The notes beneath the pieces were generated by a model. That model was not told the DNA's origin. It saw only the letters and a list, made by a program, of their open reading frames with translations, and did no database searches. This document shows positions 24,653-38,254 of a stretch of 64,000 nt of DNA, in pieces (within the stretch, counting starts at the first letter, position 1; the number at the start of each line of letters is the position of its first letter). The position numbers and the translations under genes are program-made. Source of the stretch: Moniliella sp. 'wahieum' (Eukaryota); assembly GCA_003971905.1 (NCBI GenBank), contig RSEE01000006.1:310001-374000 (forward strand), read 5' to 3'.

Positions 24653-25483
24653 GCCTCATGGCCCAGCCTCCAAAGCCCACCCGCCTTTTCAGATGCCGAT
24701 TTTCCCATATTACTATTACTACCCCTCCTCTTCTATCGTTTCTCTTTGTTGCCCGCTGTACCCTCTCGACTTATACACTGTCGTTACCCTGACAAGCAAG
24801 CGTAGAGTGCACATGCGTACTAGAATTCCATATTCACCATCTAGCTCCAGTTGTCGAAGTCATGATAGCATGGCATTCAAGTGCCGTTTTTAGTGATAAC
24901 ACCGGTACCAGATCATCTTTTTACCACGCTCGCCTTGGGCGCCAATGCTCTCATCGCCACCGTTAGGACCAATATAATCGACGGAGCCCATCGTTGGTAA
25001 TGGTATTAACGGTCTATATTGACGGGACGACCTGGTCTATGTTCTGGATGTGATCGCTGCGATTCATATGTGGTGGTAATATGTAATCGAGATCAAGGCG
25101 AAAAACGATTAGACGTATGGTTGACTTTGTTGGCCGGCCGGTTAGCCGGGATTGGTCGCAGCGACTTCACCTCGCATATTGGCCCATCCAACCGCATTCA
25201 GGTCCGAAAGAAACAACACATTATTCCTCCTCGTTCATTCATCCAGCAGAGGCGGCTTTCGAGAGTATAGGGGGGGAGGGGATGCACGCGGGCAGCGCAA
25301 TAGAAAAAACAACGATAGAATGAAACGGTATAATATCGGGAGCCGGGGGATGGAGCGAGGAAGGGCAACGTAAAGGGAACAGAGGTAAGGTTCGTATAAT
25401 GGCCAACGATGGGTGTCTCTGCTTCATCCCCCGTTGGTCCCAGCAAACACGGGGACGGAACTAGCAAGGAAAGGGTGCAAAGC

Positions 25484-26564
25484 TCATTCCCGTCTCCATG
25501 GCTGGCTGTGGAGATGGTCGCGCGCCCAGCGGGCCGAGGCAAGGCTCATGTTCAGCCCCGGGTCGACGGGCAAGAGGGGGGGAGAGAAGCGAGGGTGGTA
25601 TCTTGGTCTTCGGAATCTGCCCCTTGGTCATTGGTAGCGTGTTGATGCATACTAAGAGCCACAGTGCCCAGGTAGGAATGCAGCACATCCGGGAGCGCGT
25701 CCGGCACCTTACTGATACCTCCCACGGGGCTCTGGCACGCCAAGATCCACTCCACGTCCAGGGGTGCATTGATCAGACCATGTGCGCCCAGCAGCGCCAG
25801 CGCGGCGCCGCACCAGAAACTGTAGCACACATCGGGCTTCTTTTCCCTTCGGCCTGAGAAGCCAGCGCCGGGGTGGACAGGATCGCTGACTTGCTGCGCT
25901 AACAACCAGCGTGGCAGTTCGTCCAGTTTCCCATCCTTTTGCCAGTGCGCAAGTTCGCCAGCCAAGGCAAGCGAAGCAACGGCACAGTAGGTGCTTCCGC
26001 CATGGGACTCTTCCCCTGGAGCTTGGGAGAAGGCGCGGTCGTACGTTTGGCAGCGGGCTAGGTAGGTGAGAGCCATGCGCACGTCGATCGCATCCCATGC
26101 ATCGACCAAGTGGGCCACAGCAAATGCGGCATAGAGGAAGCGCACATCAGCTTCGTCCGTGTTGGGTGACGCGACAAACGATCCATCGGGCCGTTGGCAC
26201 GCCGTCAGCAACGCACGTACCCCACCGCGATCCAGCCGCGTAAAGTCGTCGCGCAAAATACTGAGCACAAGCAGCGCCGAGTAGGTCATGACCACGTTCC
26301 CACCGCGCGGCAACGGGGCGAGCGAGACGATACCGGCACTTGGGCTGCCGCGGAACCCACCAGTAGACACTTGCTGTGCATACACCCACTCCTGTAACCC
26401 GGCAATCTCGGCCGGCGGCACCTTGGCCTCCACCTGGCCCAGTACGTCCAGCGCACCCAGCAAAACATGCCCAGCGTCATCCGGCTCGACTCTTCCTCGG
26501 CGTATGCCGAGGGCATGAGGTGCAGATGGCGCAGGTAGAAGCCCGTGTGTTTCTTGACGTCCAT
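25484..26564 (-). CDS. CDC43: Geranylgeranyltransferase type I beta subunit
   Basis: DVKKHTGFYLRHL, GGFRGSP, MTYSALLVLSILRDDF, CQRPDGSF, EADVRFLYAA, ESHGGSTYCAVASL, GFSGRREKKPDVCYSFWCG, GGISKVP..PDVLHSYLG. Confidence 0.9.
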
Positions 26565-27633
26565 CGAAACGCGCCAGAGGGGGGTGGCGGTGGCGGGGCA
26601 GCCGAGGAGAAAAGGGGAGCCAGCTTACCCTGCCTCGGTGGCCGCTCGCTCGCAATTCCGCCTGCTGTGGGGTTCTTATTCAACGGTGGGTGAGCGCAAA
26701 GGCCAGGCGCAGCGTAGAGCCCCATTCCGCCTCTCGCCTCCCCCACATGCTTATCTCCCCAACTGGCCTCTATTTCTTCCTACTTCCAGTGGGTTGCACT
26801 CACTTGAAAAGGTTACATGGTTACACCGAGACGAAATCCACTGCCTGCGCACAACTCAGTTGCCACAAGCAGAAATAGCCATCCGCCCGTTCGCCTCTAA
26901 AACGACGATACCATCTTCAGGTCTTGGCCCTGAACTGACCAGTTGATCCCCCCACACCACAACCTCAGATCCGCTCTACACATGGGAACATACAGGGGAA
27001 GGAGATGGGCATTGAAGGTACCAGGCACAAACGGCACTGGGAAGAAATCGGGAGGCAGGGAAAGGCAGGGAAAAAAAGGTAAGGCGGGCAGTAATCCGGT
27101 CGGGGTACACCACGCAGGTCGCAACCACCCACAGCACGGACCTAGTCCCAACAAGAGAACGGAGGCACGACGTGTGTAAGCGCGGGGGGGACGCGAAATG
27201 GCAGTGGAAAAGGGGCGTGGGAAGCAGGGGAGAGAGAGGCAAGAAAGGGAGAACGAGGGAGGAGAGGAGGGTAGCGAGAAGGTAGGAGGAGGCAAAGGAG
27301 AGGAGGGGGGCAAGCAAGGAGAACGAGAAAAAAGTAGGACCCGAATCCGACGAGGAGTGAGCGGCGGAGTTCGATGTCCTACGCCCTCCCCCCCGCCCAC
27401 TTGAATGGAAGGAGAGGAAGGCACCCGAGCAAGCTGCCACAGGCACAGCATCGCGAACGGGGCGGGGCACGAGACAAGAATCCGAGCCCTCCCAAGGAAC
27501 GAAACGAGGGACAGGAATCCCGTGCCTAGGTTACAGAAGAACCTAGGCACCGAGGGAGGTAGAAGTACACGGGGGATGTACAAAGCGGAGAGCGGAACAA
27601 AGCAGACACGGTAGTACAAAAGTGTACAAAAGT

Positions 27634-28863
27634 TCAGACCATGAGTTTAGCAAGAAGGGTCTCGATCGTCTGAGGGGCACCAGGCGGCGGGGGCGGGGCC
27701 GCACTCGGGGTCGGCGCAGGCGCGGTGTAGTGCGTCGTGGTGGCCGGCGCGGGGGCGGGGGCGGGGGCAAGGGGCGCCAAACTCGGTGCAGGTGGGCTTG
27801 GGGCGGGGGGCGTGCCACCCGTAGGGGGCGTCGATTGCGAACCAAATGTGTGGTTCGGGAAGAGGGTGGCGAGGCTCAGGGTACGTCCGTGAGAGGGGGC
27901 CTGTGCGGGCGGATAGGGATGCGAGTGACCACGGGGATGCGGAGTAGGATGCGCGCGACCGAGTGTGCATGCGGATGCGGATGCGGGTGCGGGTGCATGT
28001 GGGGCGGGTAAGGCGGATACATGTACCGTTGGCATGGTGGGGAGGAGGGTGCACGGGGAACGGGATGTGGGTCGGCGGAGAGAAGGTAGTAACGGGCGCA
28101 GAGTGGGGCGCACTGCTTAGGGGCAGGCCCATTGCAGGCGGGGCAGGCACAGTGGGAGAGACCTTGGTCATGCGTCCGAGGGAAGGAGAGTTCAGGGCAG
28201 CAGAGGGGTGTGAGGAAGCGGCAGGAATGGCGGGGGATGAGGCATCGGCACTGGGAAGAAGAAGTGTCGCTACTCAATGCCGGCACAGCCGGTGCAGGGG
28301 ATTCGGGCGAACCACGAAGGTTGGAAGTGCTAGGCTTGAACTTAGGTGCCGGCAAGGCCTGGGCAGAAGGAGACATGTGGAACGAAGGCCCTGCGTACGA
28401 CTTTTCCCCGTCAGCGATCGCCGTGGTAGCCGGAACTGGGACAGCTGGCGTGGATGCTGCCGACTTCTTCTTGTTCTTCCGGGGTTGCGGGTGAGGCGCG
28501 GTGTTGGTGGGAGTGCTGGGGGGGAAGAGGGCTGCTGCCAGGTCAGATCGGTGGTGGATGTGGGAGCAGAGCTCGATACGGGTGCCGAGGCCAGGGCCGA
28601 ACGTTTCTTGGCGCTCTTCTTGCTGGGTGTGAGGGAGTGTGCAATGGAGGGCGACGGGGAGGCGAGGGGGAGGGCGATGGCGAGGCGGCAAGCAGCTGCT
28701 GCTGCCAGGTCAAGGCGGGGCTGGAGGCGGCGGCAGGTGTGCGCTTGCTCCTCTTCTTCTTGCTGCGGCGGCGGTGGGGGTGCCGGTGGTGGGCATGTCC
28801 CAGAGGTCGTCCTGTGGTTGGCGGGCAGTGCGGGGGGAGGGAGCAGACATGACAGCGAGCATC
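27634..28863 (-). CDS. PNRC/Edc1-like proline-rich protein (putative decapping co-activator)
   Basis: YAGPSFHMSPSAQALPAPKF matches YAGxxF...P.LPxPxF; two LTWQQ motifs; probable intron ~28175-28260; ends QTIETLLAKLMV*. Confidence 0.65.
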
Positions 28864-29216
28864 GTTGGGCGGAGGAGCAGCGGGGCGAGGGTTGGGGAGG
28901 TGGTGGTGGTGGGTGTTGGGCGGAGCGGCGGCGAGCGCCCCAGTGGCAAAGCCAAACTGAACGCAGCGTGGGAGCAGGTGACGTTTCATTGCAGCTCTCC
29001 TGCCTGCGCTGGCGCCCACCACTAGCCACTCGGCCAGCCACCGGCGGCAGCGCCCGCGATAACCGACACTGCCCACGTGCCTCCCCGTGCGCCCTCCCGT
29101 TTCGGGCACCTTCCCTGTCAGTCCACGCCATCACCAATTCCGCCGGCCGCATCCGCTTCCGCCGCGGAGAAAAATGAGTTCCGCCGGGGCAGCTTATCAG
29201 TCGCCCCAAAAGAAAG

Positions 29217-29301
29217 CGAATCCTGCCGGGGTCGAACCGACGACCATTACCATTACTCTCGAAAGCCGGAAAGTAACACTCTACCACTGAGCTAAGGATC
29301 C
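29217..29301 (-). tRNA. tRNA-Arg(CCG) with ~13-nt intron
   Basis: Reverse complement GGATCCTTAGCTCAGTGGTAGAGTG-TTACT-TT-CCG-G[intron]T-GGTAA-TGGTC-GTCGGTTCGACCCCGGC-AGGATTC-G, then a T-rich terminator. Confidence 0.85.
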
Positions 29302-29500
29302 TAGTGTGTTTCGCAAGCATGAGGAATTCACCCATAGCAGCCGTCGCTATTTTCATCCAGGCGCACGACAATCACTACCTTCCATCTCACAGATGCCGAT
29401 GGCCGCGTCAAGCTTCATACATTACCCCTTTGAGATAAGAACATCTATACGCCAAGAAAAAAAACCCAAACAAACAAAAAGTACAAGCACATCCTCTTCC

Positions 29501-32500
29501 TCAGCATGCGACCCCGGCCGCTACCGCACCGAAACCGGCGGCTCGGGCAAATGGGGCGACGGAGCACGGCTGGTGCCGACGGGGGGTGGGTAGATGCGTC
29601 AACTGATCCCACACGGCTTCCAACCGCGCCACCTCCTCCTGCACGTCCTTCACCCGCGTCGCATTCCGCCACGATAAGAGCGAGGGCAAGTGGCGCGTCA
29701 AGTCCTGCAGCGCCCCCGCACACGCCAGCAGGCGCGTGCGCGTCGCCGTCGCCTCGTTCCGGGGAACGCTAAGTTGCGCCAAGGCCGGTTCGGCTCGGCT
29801 GCGTAGGCTGGACCCAGCCGGGGTCAGGTACGATGGGATGGACAGTTGTTCGGCCCAGACGCGGGCGGAAAAGACCGAGGCGTGCAAGAACGCATCAAAC
29901 GCCATATCGAGCAGCGGGTGGTTCCAGATCCGAGGTGCCTCGGACGGTGTAAAGTGCGGTGCGAGCGGGTGCCCAATCGTTGGCGCCAAGCCTGAAGATT
30001 GCGTCGCCGACTCCCGTGTCAAGCGCCGCATCGCGGTGGAAATGTCGGCGACAAAGCCGGTAGACACTTGGATCGTCGCCACCCTCTGGCTGACTCATCA
30101 AATCCATCTCTGGTCGGATTGATTTGAGTTCCTCCAGCACCTCCAACAGGTGGAACGTGCCCAAGGTGAGTGCAGCACCAAATAGTACAGCATCATCTGC
30201 GCATCCGTGTCCAACAGTGCATACGCCTGCGTACACGCTTGGACCAGCGATCCAAACGTGCCGTAGTGCCGTCGAACAATATCTATAGCCAACACAGCCG
30301 GCGCGGGTTGCCGCCGGATGCGGGATGCCGGCATCCACCGCCTCTTGCAATACCGACACTTGGCGCCACAAATAGATCTTGAGCGCGTTGGCCCAGTGGA
30401 AGGAGAGCATAAGGTCGTCTCCGCCACGAGGTGCAACGGCCTTGGCCCGCGCCAAAGCCAACGAAGCTTGGTGCCACTGTTCCGTCGGGCGGGGACTGGA
30501 CGACCGGTCGGCCCCACTTCCTCAACCCTTCCGCCCGAAGAAGCAATGGCGGCATGCACGTGCTGCAGCTGTGGCGCATGCGTGTTGTAGTACTCCAGCC
30601 CTTGGAGCGCGCGCGGCATCAATGCATTCCTCGGCAAAGGACGAGGACATGGTGGAGCTGACGCGCCACGAGATGGAGTGGCTATTGTCAAAGATTAGGG
30701 TGGCCCACGCCCGTCTCCAACAGCCCAACAGGGTCGGGATCAGCGACGGCGATACCGGAGGTAGCTCGGGCGGGGGCAGAGAAGGTCTGCGCCGCGCCCA
30801 ATCGCGGCGAGACAGCACGAAGATGTGCCTCGGCTGCTTGGCGATGGTGTTCCGTCACTTGGCGCGCAAGTTTGCGTGCCCGCACCACCAGTTCTTCCAT
30901 CTGTCGCACGCCACTTGTCGCGCGAATCGGCATTCCCGCGCGGCACGCTCCGCCATGTATTCAGCTCCTCATCGTCCGACGGACGGGGCGAAAGTGGATC
31001 GACACTGGCCGCAGAGGCTACGCTGGCATTAAAGGGAGGAGGGATGATAGAAAAGAGTAGCAGGCCATACGCGACCCGGAACGAAGGCACCGGCCAACGG
31101 GAAAAGGAGTCGCGTGCATGCTTCCACGTAGCCCGTTGGGCGAGCAGATGGAGGGGTTTGGCACCCGCACGCGTAGGGGGCATCGTAGCGCTGGTGAGAT
31201 ACTGGGCCCCAAACGCAGTGAGAACAGCCTTGATAGCTTCGTTGATTTCGTCCTGAAGTAGAACGGAAGAGAGATCGTGAGTTAGTGGAGAGCGTTCCTA
31301 CAAGGGGAGAAACGTACCCAAGACCGTCTGCGCGCACGCTGGGTCCATGCCGTCTTTGGCTTGCCCGCCTGAGAAGGATCAATGGACGTGTCAAACGCAG
31401 CATCAAGCAGGACGGAAACCAAAAACAAGTTAGGTTGGGCTGCGGAGGAGGAGGAGTTGTATCCTTGCTTGTCGGCCAGACCGATCCCAAAGTCGGAACC
31501 GGAAGAAGTCCACTCGGACCAACTGGCCTTGCTGTCGTGCAGAACGTTCAACAACTTGCCCGTCTCATCTTCGGCAGGAATCACTCATCAAGCGTCTGGA
31601 AGCGGCCTGATCCGGAACCAAAGGAAGAACGTTCCCTCGGTGCTTCGAGGGTGAGACGGCGCTCCATCTCCTCTGCAACAAAGACAGGCTTGACGTAGGA
31701 GCATTCATGCGAGAGCCACAACGTCATGGGTCCCTCCATAATCGAGCATACAAGCAGAGAGTACGGGATACCAGTGTCGCCATCATGGCCCCGCGGTTGA
31801 TGGAAGAAATGGTGCGTGTGGTGCCGGAATGGCAGCAAGGGACTCCAGTTCGTCCAGCAAGCGCATTGCCTGGGCAGCATCCCACGTTTCTTTCTGCATG
31901 GCGCGATGCGGTAACAGAGCTTGCTTCCGTTCCTCCTTCTCCTTCTCCTGCCCCTCTCTCCTTGACCAGAGAGGAGAGTGGACGACCATCCAGACTCGTC
32001 TGGTGGAGTTGGCTCCGGTCGCACCGTTTTGAGGGAACACTTACCGTGTCCGACGACAGCTTCCTCCCCGACGAGGCGGCCGACAGTTTCCTTCCGCTGG
32101 GTGGAGCATTCTGCGTATTGTGGAAACTGGTTGCTGCCTTGATCATAAACACTTCGTGGGTCGTGCACTCAATTCCGCGGCGGCGACAGGTCGAGCACCC
32201 GACCACTGGCTTGCCCGTCACACCAATATCCGAAAAAGTAACCGACATTTGCAGGTCGCACCCTTTCTTGCTCGCACGGCACGCATCGCACGACGAGTTC
32301 TGTCGTCGGCCTGTGCGGCTCTTGCCGGCCTTGCTCTTGACCGCCTTGAGCGTGCCCGTGGTCCGGAGGGCGGGGGGCAGGGAAAGGTCAGAGAGGGACG
32401 TGGTTGTCGAGGGATTGTGGTGCATGGGAGGAGGGCCACCATGTGGGGTGCCAACGGCTCGAGTTGAGGTGACGTTTCTGAGCCAGAGCCGATAGAGGGA

Positions 32501-33015
32501 ACGGACAGGTGGGACGGTCCCGACACTGAGGCGGTCGAGGGGACAGAAGGGGCTGGCAAGGAGGGCGCCGAGGTGGTGCCGGGGCTCGCATTGGGTCGGA
32601 ACTCGGCAGCGTGGGCGGATGGGTGGGCGGTATGTTGCTCAAGCCACTGGTTGGTCCATGTGCCGTTGAGCAGGTCGGATCCCACGTCAGGGGCAAAGGG
32701 GTTGCCAAAGTGGGCACTCCTGGGGGAAGGAGTGGGCGGAGGAGAGGGCGTGGAGGTTAAGCGGGGACTGGGAGAGGAAGAGTGCATCGTGCCCGTTTTG
32801 TGATGGAGCAGCGACGGCAGGGTCAAGGAGGGGCAGGGGCGCGGGAGGGGCGGAAGTGACGAGGACTGCTGGGGAAGCTGCTCGGGTGGGAGCATGCCAA
32901 GAAAGTCGAGGGCAAAGTCGGTAGCGCCCAGTTCGGGCGGGGCGGGGCCGGGGAAGAAAGGGGGGGCGTCGTTTGGGGTGGGCTTGCCGTGCAGGTCTGC
33001 GGAGGAGGACCACAT
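29501..33015 (-). CDS. Zn(II)2Cys6 transcription factor, AlcR-like DNA-binding domain
   Basis: RRQNSSCDACRASKKGC-x20-CSTCRRRGIEC at ~32160-32310; LLVCSIMEGPMTLWLSHECSY and later helical regulatory-region ORFs on the same strand. Confidence 0.85.
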
Positions 33016-34112
33016 GGCGACAGGAATAGCAAGGAGGACGGGGAGAGGGGAGGGCGGCGATGGGGTGGTGGTGGTGGCGATGGTGGCGATGGTGGCGATG
33101 GTGGCGGCGGTGGCGATGGTGGCGGCGAGTTGGACCAAGCAGGGGGGGGAGTGGGGAGGTGGCAAGCGCTGCGCAGGGATTGACGCTGATGCATGGCTGA
33201 TGGATGCGTGAGGGGGGCGACTGATGAGGCCGAGGCGGATGGATGATGGGTGATGGATGGTGATATGGATATGTGATGGATGATGGATGACTACGATGAC
33301 GCATGCTGGCGGATGGGTCTGATCGGTGAGGAGGTGGCCGTGGGCGATGGGTGATGCGGCAGAGGGCCAGCGTGTGGGTGGGGATGGGCGCAGCCTCGCA
33401 AGCCCGGCGCTGTGGGACTGGCGGGGTGGCTGGGGGCGTGTGCGCACCCTGGGACAGCGTGTCGCATGTGTACGTGAGTGGCGGGCGACCGACCGACCGA
33501 CCGGCCGAGGGATGCGGGCGGCAGGCACAGGACGGCAGACACGCCGCTGAGACGGCGGACTGAGTGGGCGTGTGGGAGCGCCAGGCACGGTGCACGGGCG
33601 GTGGCCCAGCCAGGATGCAGGACCCAGCAGCCCCGCACAGGTGCAGCGCTCCAAGCTCCACGCGCGCTGCGTCCCAACCCAGATGGAATTCTGTCCAGCG
33701 CGGGGCAAGCAGCCCAAGCCAAAAGCCCCAGACGCCCAACCTCCTGCGCGCTCCTGCCCCGACGCACCCCCCCCGACCCCACCCCACGCGCCAGCGCCGC
33801 CAGCCGACATCACCCATCCATCACACTCGCACACATCACTGCATCACCCTCCCCCGCATTCCGCCCGGCCAATAAAAACCCCGGCGTCATGCATCACACG
33901 TCAACCGACACGCCCCCCCACACTGCGCTTGCGCTGCCCCGCGCCCCACAAACAATTCCGATGCGCTGCGGGCCAGGCCCAGCGCCCCGGGTGGGGGCGG
34001 CGGGCGGAATTAAGGCGCGGCTGCATGCTGCCGGCGCACATACTACGGTTGGGGGATCGGCTGCCGAATAAGCTTTTGGCGGCTGTCCATTGTCTGCGCT
34101 GCCCGCGTGGGG

Positions 34113-37100
34113 CTACAGCGTCATGGTCATTGTCATCGTCTTGGCATGCACCCCCAGCACCGGCGGCCCCCCCGCAAACAGCGTGTGCAGCAGCTTGAGG
34201 TACCGCAGCGACCGCAGCTCGTCCTCCGCCGTCCCCGCCTCGGGCGGCGGCAGCGCCGTCAGCACCACACTCGTCCCCCCCGCCACCGACGAGTGGTGCG
34301 GATGAGCTCGTTGAGAATCAGATACTGCGCCTTGTTGGGCAAGTCGTTGAACGAGATGAGCGGAGGCCCGCCCGCGTCGGGTGTGGGAGATCCGTAGCGC
34401 ATATGCGAGAGCGCAGCCGCGAAGACGACCGCCCGTCCCCGCTGCCCGACCCCGCCTCGCTCGCTTGTGCCTCCACGTCCACCTCCCCGCCGCCCTGCTC
34501 CGCCTCGCTCCCAGCCTGCTTGTCCCCTCCGCGCGGATGCACCGCAGTCCCAGACGCAGAGGACGAAGAGGAAAACGAGGACCGCACGCCTGGCCCCGTC
34601 CCGCGCACCGTCGCGTCCCCGTCCTGGTCCGCCTCAGACTCGAGCGGGGACGATGAACGCGGGGGGAACGAGGGCCGGGCCCGCGCCCGCGGCTCCTCCA
34701 CCGTATGCACCCTTCGCGCCAGGGAAGCGGACATGCTCTGCGACCGGCCCTTGTGGCGTCTGCGCGTAGTATCACCGTATTCGATCGGCCGGTCGCAATT
34801 CCCGCACCTGGGGCGGCAATCTGGGACTGGGAGCGCGGGCTGCCACTGTTGCCCCATTGGTCCGGGTCGAAGGTGGTAAAGCTCGTCGCTTAGGTCGCTG
34901 TCCGAATCCGACTCGCTCCCGAGCTGGAGGAGTCGGCGTCGGAGCTGGTGGACAGACGGGTGCGCGCCTTGGGGTGCGCGAGGCCAATTTGGATGTTGCG
35001 TTTAAAGTAAGCCATATGTTCGGGCGGGAGGGTGAAGCCGAACAAATTTTGTTGTTTGCGCGTACGGCGTGCTGGGCTGCTCGTCCGGTCCGTCGTAGAC
35101 ACGCGTTTTTTCGAAAGCGCCGCTTGGGCACGTCGGGCACGCCGGGCATCTTCCTTGCGCAGTTCCTTCAACGTCTCCCACCACGGATCCAACTCCAACG
35201 CCCGTTCGATCCGCTCCGACGCCTGTGGCCCAGCACGATCGCCTCGTACGCATTCACCTGGGCCGTGCGCAGACAAAACACTCGTAGCTCCGCTCGGACA
35301 CGCAAGTTGTCCAGCAAACTCTGGATCCGACCCGTTCCTCCACTTGCTCAGGCACTTCGACAAACACATTCACCCGTAACTGGTGCCGCTTCCAGGCACC
35401 GGTCATGCTCAAGATCGTGCCCAAATGCAAGACCATGGTATAACTGTCCCAGGTGCGCGACTGATCGTTCCCAGGTTCCGTACTGGCAATCTGCACTGGC
35501 CACAGGTCGAGGTACTTCTTCTCTTCCCCACTGTGCGAGGGAGAGGAGGAGAACCAGGAGCCAGCACCATGGGTCGGATGGAGCGCTTGGGTGACCGATG
35601 TGTCCAGGTGCGAAAAGCCATAGGCAATGGCAAAACTCTTGTTGAGCGCCAACGTGTCCTCCATGATGCCAACAAACGCTTGGGCTCGAATGGGGGTTTC
35701 GCGTCGCGCCTGGTCCGTAGGCAGCTCTTCCATCCAAAGTCATGTAGCCTTGCGGATTCTCTTCCTCACTTTCCTCGGTGGGCTCGCCATGCCGCGGATC
35801 GTAATCTCGCTTTCGTCCGACCCGGCGACCAAGGATTTTTGCCGTGGATCCATCCGGAGCGGGAACTGCATGTGCGACGGAAAGCCCATCACAACAATGT
35901 TGGGCGCATCCCGCCCAAGCCACAGGATAGAATCAAGTTGCGTGCTCCCTCGCGCTCGTCACGCGCAATGACAATGTCGACAAACGACTTGATGCCCGTC
36001 AAGTCGATCAGCTTGAGCCACGATACATTTTGCTGTTTCAGCTCGGATAGGCACTCAGCAAAGTCGCCCTTGAGCACGTGGCCCAATACGTAGAGGGAAC
36101 CTTTTTTGAGGGCGTTGCAGAAGATGATCGTGTTCCATTCGGTGCGGGGGTTGTTGGCCAACAGCAGCACTTGCGGACGCCAATACTTGACATGGCCCTT
36201 CCGCTCATCGATCCGCAGCATCTGACGACGCGAGATGTAGTAGTTAAGTTGCGCGTCACGTCGCCCCACGGTTTGGGCGGCGCATAGATGTGCACCGCCA
36301 CAAACAAGCCAAAGGTCAACACGAGGCATTCGAGCGCCGCCCACCAGTCCGTGAAGAACATGGCGCCAAAGCTGATCAGCGTGCCGCCCCAGGCAGTGTA
36401 AATGTTCCAGTACCGGAACGAGGGCCGGAAGCTGGGCGCACCCCCAGCCTTCAAGGCAGCCGTGGCAAAGCACAGCGTACCAAACGTCAACAGCGTCGTC
36501 ATGGTCACGAGCTGCGCCAACGCATTGACCGAATCGACCACCAGACCAGCTGGCAAAAGAGGTAGGTGATCAAGATGGCGTAGGTGGGTGTATCGCTGAC
36601 CTCAGTGCCTTGGGCAAAGACATTGAGTACCGGAAGCAAGTTGTCCCGTGCGATCGCCTGGAGCACCTTGGCACACGCCAAGACGCCCATCAAGGTTGAA
36701 AATGCCGTCGAGGCCAATGCGCCAAACGTGATCAGTTGCGGACTGAGCGCAATGTCATTCACGATCCCAGCGTCGCTGTAAAAGCTTTGACGATCCACCG
36801 TCGAGGCAAGGATGATAAAAGTGCCGAGGTAGATGATGAACGTGAAGACCAAGGACCAGTTGGTGCCCTTGGGAATCGACTTGCTCGGCTTGCGCAGGTC
36901 GCCAGACATACTGGCCCCAGCTAGGATCCCATTGACAGCAGGGAAGAGCACGCCAAAGACCGACTGCCAGCTCTCGGGTTTGTCCCCCGTCGAGGATCCG
37001 GCGGCCCCCGAGGTAAAGTGCGGGAAGCAGTTGGCTTTCAACGTGGCCAGCGACCAGCCGGTAAAGTACGCGCCCCGCTCGGCGTCGCGGAAGGGGTGCA

Positions 37101-38254
37101 CGGCAATGCTGGAAAGGGGGATGGAAGGATGGCAGCAGAGAGGATAACAGCGAGACCGAGTGTGGCGCGGGCAAACAGCCGGCTTCCAACGAGACAGACG
37201 AGCATGCAGAGCAAGAGCAACAGGCTTCCATAGAAGAAGAGCCAGATGGGACCCTCGGGCAGACCATCGGACATCCTCGACTCGCCATACGCATCAGTCA
37301 AGCTCTCCACAAACCCAAGCACGTTCATGGCAGCGTTCAACGCTTGACCAGCAAAAAAGATAAGGCCAATGCTCCCGCCAAACTCGGGTCCGAGACTGCG
37401 GGAGATGAGGTAGTACGCTCCACCGCCGCGCACTTGACCGTTGGTGCTAATTGCATTGAGCGACATGGCGGTCAAGGTATCAATCGCGTAGCTGACCACC
37501 AGCAACCCAAACGCACCCAGCAGCCCAACTTGGCCAATAATAAAGCCAAAGCGAAGAAAGAGAATGATACCGAGGATCTGCATGGACATGACAGCGTTAG
37601 TACCGCTCGGCCCAAACCAGCGTACCTCCCCACGAGCAAGACACATACATTCAAGCTGACCGGCATAAACACCCCGTCCCACGTCCCCAGTTTCCTCGGC
37701 GCATACTCAGCAGGGGAGATCATGCCGCCCGCTTTGGGATGGTGCGCGGCGGGGCGGGCGCAACGTCGTCGGGGAAAAAGGAATTTTCTCGTTGCAAACC
37801 CATCTTGCGTTTCTTGTCGGACCCATCTGCTTTCACACCGGGCTCAAATGTGACGCCCTTCTTGCCATGGCGAGAGGGAAGCGGAGCATTTTCCCCGGCC
37901 GGGTCGCTATCCAGGGCACCGTACCCCCGAGCATGTGGTAGCGAATGCCCATCCTCCTGCCCGGCGAGCAAGGCGCGGTCCTCCTCCAAATCAGAGGCAG
38001 CAGGACCGGGAGACGCAGCCGACGATACGGCCGCCCGGGGCAAATCGTCCTCCGAGTTGCGCCGGTGGAAGCTGGCCCGGACGGAGTGCGGGTCAGCGAG
38101 GCTGGAAGGACGGGAATACTCGTCGTTAGGCGGGAGGAGACCGGACTGGCGCGCCTCATGGTTCGGGCCCTCAATCGAGTCGCGGGCGGAGGAGAGACTG
38201 GGTCAGGGCTTGGAAGTCATCGCGGTCGGATGGCCTGCTGACGAACTTGGACAT
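34113..38254 (-). CDS. VHC1: Cation-chloride cotransporter (SLC12/Vhc1 family)
   Basis: KLGTWDGVFMPVSLN|ILGIILFLRFG, AISTNGQVRGGGAYYLISRSLGPEFGGSIG, FGVLFPAVNGILAGASMSGDLRKPSKSIPKGT, APSFRPSF, KYWRPQVLLL, GLGGMRP; ends PPVLGVHAKTMTMTMTL*. Confidence 0.95.

Noticed and set aside
32218..34198. Long overlapping ORFs (538 aa, 376 aa and others) upstream of the Zn-cluster gene
   Set aside because: These are GC-rich, low-complexity, stop-poor frames; only the part downstream of ATG 33015 looks coding.
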